Assembly (NCBI GenBank): GCA_000442015.1
Contig: KE560603.1
Coordinates: 1-52,385 of the forward strand
From: Rozella allomycis CSF55
Taxonomy: Eukaryota
Direction: 5' to 3'
Length of the DNA stretch: 52,385 nt
Both the position numbers and the translations under genes were made by a program. Of this stretch, positions 26,231 to 38,816 are shown one piece after another (position 1 is the stretch's first letter; the number at the start of each line of letters is the position of its first letter). The notes below the pieces were generated by a model. The model made no database searches, was not told the DNA's origin, and saw only the letters and a program-made list of their open reading frames with translations.

Positions 26231-26545
26231 TTATTCTTCCATTAAGTTTTCATCGATTTCGCGAATGTAAAGTACGTTATTACAACGGATCAAAACCTCT
26301 CCCAACATACCGCAAGAGTTCCCATCCATATATTCCTCAGCATTAGCAAGCTATGATATATGAATTTAAAACATCTTACTAGTATATTCATGTAAGAATC
26401 AAAGGATTGTAGGAGACCTTTGTATTCCTGTCCCCATTTTAGCTTTACAAGCAAAGCTTTCCCTTTATTACTCTCAAGAAAAGGCTTTGGATTTATTGCG
26501 ACAATTCCCCCCTTAGTATTATGAAGAAAAGCTTCTTACTGCCAT
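26231..26545 (-). CDS. SNRPF: Small nuclear ribonucleoprotein Sm F
   Basis: Missing from the ORF track. Hand splicing (2 introns) gives [85 protein letters not shown]. Confidence 0.93.
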
Positions 26546-26696
26546 TTTAAAAGATTCAAGCCACCAGTAAAAGTACAAACAAAGTTAAATTCTTAAGTCG
26601 CGAGTAAAAAGAGTACATTTTAATTATCAAAAGACAAACAATTATCAGTTGTTTATTTTTTCGAATTACAAAATTGATGGATTAAAGAACAAAAAG

Positions 26697-26768
26697 GGGC
26701 TCCGCCGAGGATTGAACTCGGGACCTCTCACACCCAAAGCGAGAATCATACCACTAGACCACGAAGCC
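26697..26768 (-). tRNA. tRNA-Pro(UGG), intronless
   Basis: GGCTTCG/CGGAGCC acceptor stem, A box TGGTCTAGTGG, anticodon loop TT-TGG-GT, T loop GTTCAATC, followed by a T5 Pol III terminator. Confidence 0.95.
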
Positions 26769-26840
26769 TTGATATTCAAAATGTCGTAACTAATTAATAC
26801 TCAATCACCGTTCGTATCTAATTCATAGGTATTTTTCCGA

Positions 26841-28475
26841 ATGGGCGAATCATCGGTGCAACAGTATTACAGCACAATATTCTTAACACTCACGTTATCA
26901 GTGTTATGTTTTTTACTGGGGGATTTTCAAAAAAGAAAGCATTTTAAGTACTTTCCAGAAACAGCGGGAACTGTGTGCATTGGGATCTTAGGCGGCCTTT
27001 TAGTAGAGCCAATCTTAAAATTGTATGACTTTAATCATGATATTCAAATTAATGCAGAATTCTTTTTTCTTGTATTGTTACCGCCAATTATTTTCGAGGT
27101 ATTCCCATGAAAAGAAAAGAATGTAGGCAGGATATTCAATGAAACGAGTAAATTTTTTCAAGAACTTCGGAATGATATTATCACTAGCATTCATAGGCAC
27201 AGCTTTTAGTGCATTCGCTACAGCTGCCCTTGTTTATCTTGCAGGAATGATTACATACCCCGTGTCTTTGTTGGAAGCTTTCACTTACGGGGCACTGATA
27301 GCAGCAACAGATCCAGTAATATTATCATCAATTTTTGATATAAGGTTTCAGTGTTAGCTACATTGTCATCCATTTCAGTGGATAGAAATTTGTACATTTG
27401 TGTGTTTGGAGAATCAGCGTTAAATGATGCGGTTTCTGTTATTCTCTTCCGTTTAGCACAGTCTTTTGCCCACCCTGACTTTCATTTCAGCACTTCCACC
27501 TTTTTGGCAACAACCTTTTTGGCGATTGGGGTGTTTTTTGGTTCCATGGTATTGGGCTATTTTCTGGGGATGGTTCTTTCGAAACTTTTAAAACATGCAA
27601 AGTTAAATCATGAACCTCATGTGGAGGTGATTATGATGTTTGTATTTGCATACCTCTCGTATATAATTTCTGAATGGCTTCACCTCTCTGGAATAGTTGC
27701 TATCCTCTTTTGCGGTATGTCTACGACACATTATGCGTCTCACAACTTTTCTGATGAAGCAGGAAATCTAGCCAAAGGATTCCTTAGAGTATTAGCATCG
27801 CTTTCCGAAACAATGATATTTGTATATTTAGGGCTTGGTTTGGCTGCATTTGGCAATGGTGAGACAATTTACAACTGGGGCTTTATCGCTCTAAGCATAG
27901 TAATAATCAAATATTAATTAAATATAAAAGGTTTCAATATTGATTGCAAGATGTCATGTGTTCATTATTGCAACAATCGCTAATGTGTTTCGATCAAAAC
28001 AAAAAAGGATGCCAATGAACCAACAAGGATTTCTTTGGTATTGCGGTTTGAGAGGCGGTATTTGCTTTGTCATGGCTTTGCAGCTTACAGAGAACGACAA
28101 TTATCGACCAGAATACACCAAAGTTATTCTTGGAACAACACTAATGACAGTTTTCACGACTATTATATTTTTTGGTGCGTGGACAGTGTCGTTACTGGAT
28201 ATTTTGAAATTGAAATTAACCGAAGAACAAGTAAGGCAAGCTGATGCCAAAGTCGAAGAAACGATCGGAACACTTACTAATAATCCAACTATTGTTAGCT
28301 TTATAAAGTCTTTTGACAAAAAGTATACAAAACACACATTACTTATGACAGGTACCTGAAACCATTTCTTACAAATCGCCGTTACGGTGATGAAATAATT
28401 CCGGGCATTCCTAGAAAGCAAACTGTGGAACAAAATGAAAATATTCAGTTATCTAATAATTTCTCGGAAATCTAA
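26841..28475 (+). CDS. Na+/H+ exchanger (CPA1; Nhx1/NHE8-like)
   Basis: FFFLVLLPPIIFE, AATDPVSVL, VFGESALNDAV, LSGIVAILFCG and WYCGLRGG. Four short introns. Confidence 0.9.
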
Positions 28476-28549
28476 TAAAGCTCTCGAAACCATAAGTGAT
28501 AAAATGTTTCATTTTTAAAAAATATTTATAAACCCCTGTCATAGCTGCC

Positions 28550-28746
28550 AGCGATCTTACTCGCAAGGATCATGTATATAGTACATAATCCCGTCTTAGT
28601 TTCCCAACTTAGACGCACACTCAACCCAGGATGACGAGGCCTAACCTCATTTGTACTAACGTGAGGCGTAAGACTTGTTCTTTCGAAGATCCATTGTCTG
28701 ACCTACTATAGGTTAGACTACGTGCAAATGGGGTAGTCTGACTGGT
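28550..28746 (+). ncRNA. U3 snoRNA
   Basis: Box A'/A (gatcttactc..aggatcatgtatatagt), hinge resembling fungal U3, box C' (ggatgac), box B (aacgtgagg), box C-like (cgaagat), internal hairpins, box D CTGA at 28738-28741 and a terminal stem ccag/ctgg. Confidence 0.85.
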
Positions 28747-28855
28747 GACTTCCTTTTTTTAAAATTTTAATAGAGTGCACCTGTCCTAAAATAAGTCATC
28801 TGAATGGAAAAGGGGTAAATTTATCATCAAGCTATGTTAGTGAAAAGAATCAAAT

Positions 28856-30676
28856 TTATTGATCTTCAGATTCTTGATTATTCTTTTTTTTGCCTTTTTT
28901 CTTCGGTTGTTTTGCTTTCTGTTTTGATGTTAAGAGTTGCGCAGTAAATTTTTTCAATGTTTCTCGATCAGGCACTTCTAATGTATCATTATCTACCGAT
29001 TCTTCATCTGGAATATCATAATTTCTAAATCTTACCACTTTCTACACAGACTTCAAATTCATTTGGTTTCAGCTTCACTCTCGTGTTTTGTTGTGGAAGC
29101 ACTTGGGCCAGCTGCAGGAAGCAATCTACAGGCTGCTAAATTGAACTTAATTTAATTTTCAATACCTCAATCGTTTCCTTTTCTTTTACGTGCGAATAGA
29201 TCTCTTCTAACTTATTCGAACATAATTCCAGCATTCCAAAAACATCGGATTCATCAAAGGTTGATGCAACTGGTACTTGATTAAGAAATGCCAAAGTGGT
29301 GTCATTGTTGCGAGCCTTAAAATAATATATATTTCTGATTACTGCTGACGGTGCATTTTCAAGTCTATCAACAAGGTACTTAATGCCAGTTTTAAGATCC
29401 GCAAGAACATTTTTGACTTTATCATATTTTGATTTTGTCTCCAGAAGTTTAACAGAGTTTTCTTTTATATGTTCTTGAAATTCCGTAATAGTTCGTTTGC
29501 AATGGTTCATCTTTTCTTCGCTTGCTATCTTTATTTCATCAAATTGTTTGAGCGTTTCCTGTTTCTTTTCCTTTAAGTGATGCAGATTTCTTTCAGTTTC
29601 ATCTTTTAAGTGAACGAGTTGGGCCTTGGTTGCCTGTTGCTCCTCAAATTTTTGAAGCACTTCATGAATATTGCTTACACCCATAGCATCTTTGATTAGT
29701 CTCATAACTTCTTCGTATTCACGGAGTCTCTTATCTTTTTCTGGGTCATTATTATCAATTTTTAGAGTTTCGTCAGACTTTTCTTCGCTCGCAAATTCTT
29801 CAACGTTATTGTCAGTTTTAGGTAATCGATCAAGAAAACTAGATTCCTCTCGTCTTTGCCTGACTAGATCGCGTTTGGTTTGTAGTTCCTTCTCTCTTTG
29901 CTTCCTCTCTTCAGCAATCTGTTGCTCTAATCTTGATAGTTCATTTTTAGCCAGATCCCTCGCATGGTTCGCATCTTTACTCAGCAGTTCTAGTTCGGTA
30001 ACTTCTGTCTTCTTGTTTTTGACAGTACGTTCGAAATGCATAATTTGATTGTCGAAAGAGAGACGATCCTCTTGAAGCTTTTTTACAATTTCCTCGTATG
30101 TTCTCTTAACAGATTGAGCCTCGTTATATTTTATCAATGCTTTGTCTAACCTATTTTCCAGTATCTTGATTTCCTAACACATTTTTCAGTATTTAATTAC
30201 CCTGTTGTGCAATGAATTGCCTTTTAAAGGATCAAAAGACTCAATTTCATGAACAGTGTAGGCTAAAGACTTTTTCAAATCTTTGAGTTTATTTTCCTTG
30301 TTCCTAACATCTGCTTGTAGTTCATCATATTTTTTATGCATTTCGCACAACTTTTGATCTGCCTTTTCTATGTCACTTAATTGTGCTTGGCTAGCATGTT
30401 GCCGTTCTAACTAAAACATTGGTTTTTTTCCGATCCTACCTTTTTCAAATGCGCTACTTTCTCTCTAAGGTCTCTATTCTGATGTCTTAAAAGCGCTATT
30501 TGATCTTTATTTTGTCGTATAGCCCATTGGCTTGTTTCATAATATGCTTTCCTGTCACCCTCTATTTATGTATTGAATCATAGCAGCTTACCAAGTAACT
30601 CAAATCGTAGCTTAAGATCATGAAGTTCTTCCTCGAGTACAGCTGTGCGGTCAATATCTTTAATGGCAATCGGCAT
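28856..30676 (-). CDS. CCDC151: Outer dynein arm docking complex subunit CCDC151/ODAD3-like
   Basis: Spliced N-terminus LRFELLEGDRKAYYETSQWAIRQNK, then KILENRLDKALIKYNEAQSVKRTYEEI, a long coiled coil and a C-terminal VPDRETLKK. Confidence 0.85.
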
Positions 30677-30756
30677 CTCCCAAAACAAACAATATTGGTT
30701 GCTAAGAAAAAAAACAATAAAAATCATTTGACAAAACGCAGTCTTTATTAAGAAGT

Positions 30757-32226
<1,470 letters not shown>

Positions 32227-32327
32227 TTAGCCCCCTATATTTTAAGGGGGAGCCAATCATGGTGTGGCTTAGCCTAGAAATCGACGCAATGCAATCGATG
32301 TCATTTTGATAAACTTTGTAATTACAT

Positions 32328-34062
32328 TTATTCAATCAAGCAACTCTTTCCAGTCATCTCTTCTGGAATTGGAAGGCCCATAATATCGAGGATAGTTGGT
32401 GCTACATCGCATAAAGCGGCTTCTTTGTTGGCGGAAAATTTTTTGTCTAGGCTAGTCATAATAAATGGAACTAAATATTATTTTGCAATGAATATTACCC
32501 GGTGCTGTCGTATGTGCTTTGTGAGGCCCGCCATCATCATCTATCATCTTTTCAGCATTGCCGTGATCAGCGGTAATAAAGAGTACATAATCATTTTTCT
32601 TACACGCGTCATATATTATTCCAATGCTTTTATCTTTGAAGCAAAAATAATCCGCGTACCTGTTGCCTCAACACCTTTGATTGCGGCTTCATAGATTCCT
32701 GTATGTCCTACCATCTAAATAAATCAAGACGTTGTATTTTACATCAGGCGGGGCAAAATTGCACATTATAAAAGGATATTTTCCTTCGGTTATTGCTCTC
32801 GCGACACATTCGGCGACGAGAATAGCAGACATTTCAGGCTTCAAGTCATAAGTGGCCACATCTTTCGGGGAAGGGATCACTTGCCTAAACTCACCCGGAA
32901 ATTCTTTCTCAGTGCCGCCATTAAAAAAGAATGTAACGTGTGCATATTTTTCCGTTTCCGCGCAATGGAATTGTAATATATTGTTTTTGGACAGCCATTC
33001 TGCAAGAACATTATCCATAGTTTGTGGTGGAAACAAAAGTGGGAAAGGATAATCGGCTTTGTATTGAGTCATACATGATATATGTATTTTTTTAGGTTGA
33101 GTTTCGGAAACAAACGGTAGAGGATTTATACCGAACGCCTGAACTATCTCTCTCATTCTATCCGAGCGATAATTAAAAAATAGAACTGCGTCATCGTCTT
33201 TGTTTTGCTTTAGGCAAAATTTACCTTTGACCACACCATTTTTATCGACTATGATGGGCTTTAAGAATTCGTCGGTTTCCTTTGATGCATATCGTTTTTT
33301 AACCGTCTATCATTAAAATAATGTCTAAATTACTTCTATAGGATTGTCCGTGAATTCGCCTTCAGCTCTAACAAACCCATCGTAGGCCAATTTTATCCTG
33401 TCCCATCTGTTATCACGATCCATGGCATAGTAACGGCCGACAATAGTAGCCAGTTTTACATTATTATTTAAATGGAATTTCAATTGCTCCAAATACAAAA
33501 CTTGGCAAAATCTCAAGCAATTAGTTACCTGCATTTTCTGGTGCGGTATCCCTACCATCTGCAATAAAATGTATGAACACATTTGGAACTTTAGCCATTT
33601 TCGCGCATCTAATTAATTCATACAAGTGATTTTGATGCGAGTGAACACCTCCGTCGCTTACTAGCCCAATGAGATGTAATCTCCCAGTTCTAGTGTTTGC
33701 GTGATTAAATACCTAAAAAAGGTCAAGAGAAACCCTACATCTTGTAAGCAACTATTGTCTTTTAGAGTATCATTTTTAATCGCTAAATCAATTCGTACAA
33801 TGTCCTGTAATTGAAAATTTAAAAATCATACCTGATAGACGATTCGGCCTGCGCCGATATTTAAATGGCCAACTTCACTATTTCCCATCAGACCGTCAGG
33901 TAAGCCAACGGATAGCCCATGTGCGTTTAAAGTCATGGACGGGTACACCTTTTGAAGTTTGGACATGACTGGAGTCTCAGCATTTCTTATTGCATCACCA
34001 ATTTTGGAGGTATTAGGCGAAACACCCCACCCGTCAATGCATATGAGACAAACCTTTTTCAT
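32328..34062 (-). CDS. gpmI: 2,3-bisphosphoglycerate-independent phosphoglycerate mutase
   Basis: [67 protein letters not shown] and [11 protein letters not shown]. Several short introns. Confidence 0.93.
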
Positions 34063-34098
34063 GTCGCCAAGGTGTTGTGAGCGGCTGAGACCTGAGTC

Positions 34099-34837
34099 AT
34101 GGCAGCAGATTCCGTTATCAGCCTTCGAGGATCAGCGGAAATTATCACAGAATTTTTTAGTAAGAAAGAATTTGTTTAAATTTCAGACTATAGCGTTAAC
34201 AGGTAATATACTGTTTGTCTATGCCCGCAGTATCCTCTTCCAGAGGGGAATATACCCTCCTGAAGATTTCAAAAAAATAAAATGCTACGGGCTTTCTCTT
34301 CTTGTTAGTTGTGACAGTTCTCTACAAGCATATCTAAGCAAAGTGATGGCCCAACTCACATGTAATGTATTTTAATTTGTCCAATATGAAAAGGCTGGTT
34401 AGAACAAAAAGCATTACAAAGATTTGTCCTTGTTTTATCAGATATAGATAGTAGGCATGTAGTAGAGAGATGGCAATTTGATGTGTTTGTAGAAGATTGT
34501 TCCAATAATACTAGTATGCTTCTTTTTATCAAAAGATGAAGATGGAAAAAAGCTCGAAGAAATACGGAAGGAAATCCAAGCTGTTATTCGTCAAATTACG
34601 GCTTCTGTTACATTTTTACCCATTCTTGAAGGAAACTGTAAAAGAACGTATTAAAATTAATCAGACTCGTTCGATCTGTTGGTTTATACAGACAAAAAGA
34701 AAACGACTGAAATTCCGGAGGAGTGGGAAGATTCCGATAGTCGATATGTGCAAAATGCCGATCATGTGCGTTTAAGATCATTTTCTACATCTTTTCACAA
34801 AGTTGAGCCAACAGTAGCGTATAAAGTAACTATTTAA
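34099..34837 (+). CDS. MAD2: Spindle checkpoint HORMA protein Mad2
   Basis: ISLRGSAEIITEFFNYSVNSILFQRGIYPPEDF, VVERWQFDV, IQAVIRQITASVTFLP and LRSFSTSFHKV. Includes a 16-nt micro-exon. Confidence 0.92.
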
Positions 34838-35063
34838 TTAATTATTTTGCAATTTTATGATTTATTTACAGTGGTAGCGTCCTCTTGCACTAGTCTCGTG
34901 AATTGCCATAATAACAATATTACAATTCATTTTTCTGAAACTGTTCTCGTTTTGTACTGGAAGAAACAGACATGGCATGGTTATTTCTGTGCGACGTTTT
35001 ATTTACACCTGCCGGCTCGTTAGATAATTGTTGATTAGAACATTGTTTAATTGGTTTATGAAA

Positions 35064-35762
35064 TTACCTTTTGTTGTCAACGATTTCTCGCTTTCCTGAA
35101 AACACAACACCCATGTTGCTTTGATTTGCACCACCATGTGACCCTTTGGTCAGAAAAGTAGGCTGACTTTTGGCACACCGCAATTGCTCTTCAGTAAAAG
35201 ATATTTTCAAAAAAGAAATATGTGAATCCTTACTCTACTTTCAGACAATTTTGGGCCTATAAACGGCCCCTGAAATCCACATTTTTGAGCATTTCTTGAA
35301 ACTGAGTATAGTGCATCAATAACCTGAAAATGAGATACGAATAATTTACTGCATTCATATTTTTCTTTTCATAAAGGTCTATTGTTTGAAAAAGTTCTTG
35401 TTTAGGACAACCTAGCCGGTCACAAGCTAAAAGGAATTGATTTATGTTCTCCATCTTCTTCAAATTCCATTAAATTCGTACTTGTTTAAAAGGCATGGAT
35501 GATTTGGTAAACTTGGCTGAATTAGGTATAATTCTATTTATGAGCCTTTTAATAATGTTGTGAGTGATTACGCACACAAAATTTCACCACTTTTAAGTAC
35601 GCTGTGCAAATCGCCGTTAGGTAATTCTAAACCAGTGACAATAGCAATCCAAGTTTTAACTTCATCCTCTGTTTCAAAAACATGGCTTTCGTTATTTTTT
35701 ATCGGTATCGCCTCCTTTTCCGAATGAAAAGTTGGAGATACAATGTTTTGCTGTTCTGACAT
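35064..35762 (-). CDS. Calponin-homology protein (transgelin/Scp1-like)
   Basis: LKSGEILC, MENINQFL, ELFQTIDLYEKKNMNAV, FTEEQLR and a calponin-like repeat GSHGGANQSNM. Confidence 0.8.
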
Positions 35763-35879
35763 TGACAATTTTTCAGAATTCTGAATTTCGGCTAGGCAAA
35801 ATTGAACAAAAAGGAACCAATTGAATCATAAAGCATTTTTATTTAAGAGTATTTTTCTTCTCTATTATCCCGTTAGACG

Positions 35880-36047
35880 TTAAGAAGAACTAAAACCCCT
35901 TGACCTTGCGTAGACCCCCAATGCCGTGAAAAACATTACGACTACTAGAAAAAAGCCCAGAATAGATGCGATAATATCACCGGCATTTGCAGAAACAAAA
36001 TTGCAAAATACAACAAGCAGCACTAAAGCAATATTTCGAGAGAGCAT
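35880..36047 (-). CDS. 55-aa small integral membrane protein, SMIM30-like
   Basis: Below the ORF-track cutoff: MLSRNIALVLLVVFCNFVSANAGDIIASILGFFLVVVMFFTALGVYARSRGFSSS. Signal peptide plus one TM helix, with the AGD-x-IA-x-x-LG...LGVYAR-x-R pattern of human SMIM30. Confidence 0.75.
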   Translation of the reverse strand: MLSRNIALVLLVVFCNFVSANAGDIIASILGFFLVVVMFFTALGVYARSRGFSSS

Positions 36048-36144
36048 AAGGAAATTGGAATTTAGAAATCTCCAAACTCAAAAATAAGCTCCATCAGATA
36101 TTTTTCCAACATGAGGCGTGGTTTAAGTAATTCGACATATAGTT

Positions 36145-36712
36145 ATGACTCTGCAAAAAGATAACATGTTCGCCAAAACTCCTGTGCTTTCAATTGCTGC
36201 TCATTTGCTTATAGGATTTTCAACGGCTAAGATCGCAAAGAAAAGATTGTATCCATGGTATAATAATCTCTACAAGCCTACGTAAGCCGATTATTTTTTG
36301 TTTTTACAGGTGGTTATTGTCGGCTGAAAAATTCACGACTTCATGGGCTGTTATTTATTCATTGATGGGTATTTCGTCATTTAGGATTTTTAAATCATCC
36401 CATGAGTTAAGGAATCCTGCGTTGATCGCTTATGCTTCCCATCTACTACTGAATTTTACTTGGATGCCCACATTCTTTGCTTACCATAAACTCGGTCTAT
36501 CATCTATTATTCTGGTGTCAATGACTAAGTGCTTATCAGTATCCCTAGCGCTATTCTATTTAATCGACCCGATTGCTGCTTATTGTCTATTACCATATGA
36601 ATTATTTTCTATTTATGCCAGTATCGCCAACATATGGATTTGGAAAAAAAATAAGGACAAGAAAACTATTTTAAAAGAGGAGTTTGAATCTATGAATCAA
36701 GACGAGGAGTAA
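36145..36712 (+). CDS. TSPO: TspO/MBR translocator protein
   Basis: WYNNLYKPTW, WAVIYSLMG, LNFTWMPTFF and LLPY. One 28-nt intron. Confidence 0.8.
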
Positions 36713-36730
36713 TTTAATAAACAGATCATC

Positions 36731-37728
36731 CTATTTGTTTATTCTAGAACTTGACATATTTAAGGCCATAGTAGAAGAAAAGTTGTCTTCCTTCACAATT
36801 TTGAATCTTCTTAAATGCATGTATATATATGCAATTAATGATATCACAGTTAAACAACCAAAAACAATTGAAGCCACCACATACGGTCTAACAATACTAT
36901 TATTACATGAATCGTCAAAAGATGTAAGTCCCATTCGACAAATAGCATTTCCAATTTCACCGTTGTAAGAAACAGCAGAAAACGAACATATGTCATCGGA
37001 TGCCGTGAAGTCTCGCCAATCAAGATAGTAGTTGATCCTGAAAAATTGAGCCGTGTTTGCCGGAATTCTGACATTGTGTATAGTCACATTTCTTAATGCT
37101 TGATAGTCTACTTTAGGACAATTTGGTGACATGGCAAAACTGATTCCGTAGCTAAATTCACTTCAATTTCCATTAGCTTACCCACTATTAGAAGAAAGCT
37201 CCAAAACAATATCTACGGGACTTGTGGTATCTCTAATCTCATAATCAACTGCTAGGAACACATTCCTTTTGTTGTAACTTGGACATTTGCCTATCCTTAC
37301 AACACCGCACGATTCTTATTTAAAATAACTCAATATAATTACCGATAATTGATAAATTTACTTCGGAATTGTAGTCATAATTTGCTTTCTTAATGCAAAT
37401 AAATATTTACTCCATGACCTAATTATTACTTCACGTGCTGGTTTTATAAGGCTAACTTTAAAATATATGTATTGATCGAATTCTTTTTGAAATACATGTA
37501 TTCTTTGTTTTTCGAATGATACTGCATTCGAAGTTGAATTAATGTAAAAATCAAAGTCGATTGAATTTCTAGGCACAAGGTAGGTGAAAGTAATGTTAAG
37601 GCCTTCATGTATAACTGGCGGAATTTTTGAAACCAAAGTGATATTTTGACCTATAATTATGATTGTAGTGCATCACCTTCCAAGAAATTTAGTACTAAGG
37701 CTAGAACTACACACGCAAAAGTTACCAT
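36731..37728 (-). CDS. Single-pass type I membrane protein of unknown function
   Basis: Signal peptide MVTFACVVLALVLNFLEG, a Cys-containing ectodomain over 5 exons, then TM VVASIVFGCLTVISLIAYIYM followed by HLRRFK. Confidence 0.6.
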
Positions 37729-37771
37729 GAAAACACAGAGTGATTTGTTATTAAAGTTATTTTATTTTTTA

Positions 37772-38651
37772 TTAGTTATTGTCATTGGGATTTTCAAGTG
37801 AGGTTGCAAAAATACTTTCAACATTATACTTCTTCAATTTAAAGTAGTCTTTTAGAAAGCTGATTCCGCAATAGTTCTGTAACATTGAAAAAAATATAAT
37901 TACTTTAAAAATTTGGAACATTATAACATAGTCAGGATTTTTTAAATCAATATTGTAGTGATCCCGGACTAGTTCGGCACTCATGGAAAATATCTCGTCT
38001 TTCGAAACCTTATTGCATAATCGTATCTGAGGAATAAAAGCAAACTAGTACAGAATATATATTAAGATCTACCTTTTTGGTCATTGGTTCGTCTAAATTT
38101 GATTCTCGGAATCGTGTGTATTGTGTTTTTAAGGTGTCTTTAATTTCAGACATTTCCGCTCCGCAAATTATATCAATTGGAATCAACCTCTGTATAAACC
38201 TGGAAACATTGCCATAGAGTAGCTTTACTTTGATGTCTTCATTTTGGATTCTTCGATATCCCTCAAAATCTTGAAAACAAATTCGCTGGGCAATATACCA
38301 TCAAATTTTATTCGCAAATACGACAGTGCTTGAATGTTCAAATCATGTGGGACAAGATAATCGATTTGCTTTCTTCTAGTTTCCTGTTCCATGTCGGCGG
38401 CAAATGCTTCTTCAAAAGAAAGCTGTTTCTTCTCTTCTGGGATTTCTGATTCTTCTTTAATATATCCAAATTTGTTCATGTACTATATATTTTAGCTCAT
38501 TAAAAGTTACTGTGGAAATGAGGCTTTTGAGATCGGATATTGCTTGTCTTTCTTTGTTTCTAGGACAAGATACAAAAAATCCTTTTGATCCTTTCGGAAT
38601 CGCTTGTGCATTTTGAATATATTTTCTCTTCTGGGCCTTGTCTTTCGCCAT
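37772..38651 (-). CDS. TAN1: THUMP-domain tRNA acetyltransferase adaptor Tan1/THUMPD1
   Basis: GFFVSCPRNKERQA, RLIPIDIIC, HYNIDLKNPDYVI and CGISFLKDYFKLKKYNV. Confidence 0.8.
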
Positions 38652-38816
38652 CTAAGCCCCTGAAACTGTCACGAGTCAATTAAAATCAATGTAACTGAAT
38701 TTTAGAAACAAAATTACTCGTCAAATCTAAATAAAAACGGCCTTTTATCATTGAATTTTCAGTATTCTGATATCCTTCTCTATATTTGGTAACGGTTAGT
38801 GTAGTAAATTTCTGAA

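Noticed and set aside
32328-34062. Cofactor-independent PGM as a bacterial HGT
   Set aside because: The gene is intron-rich, and iPGM is widespread in eukaryotes including many fungi and microsporidia.
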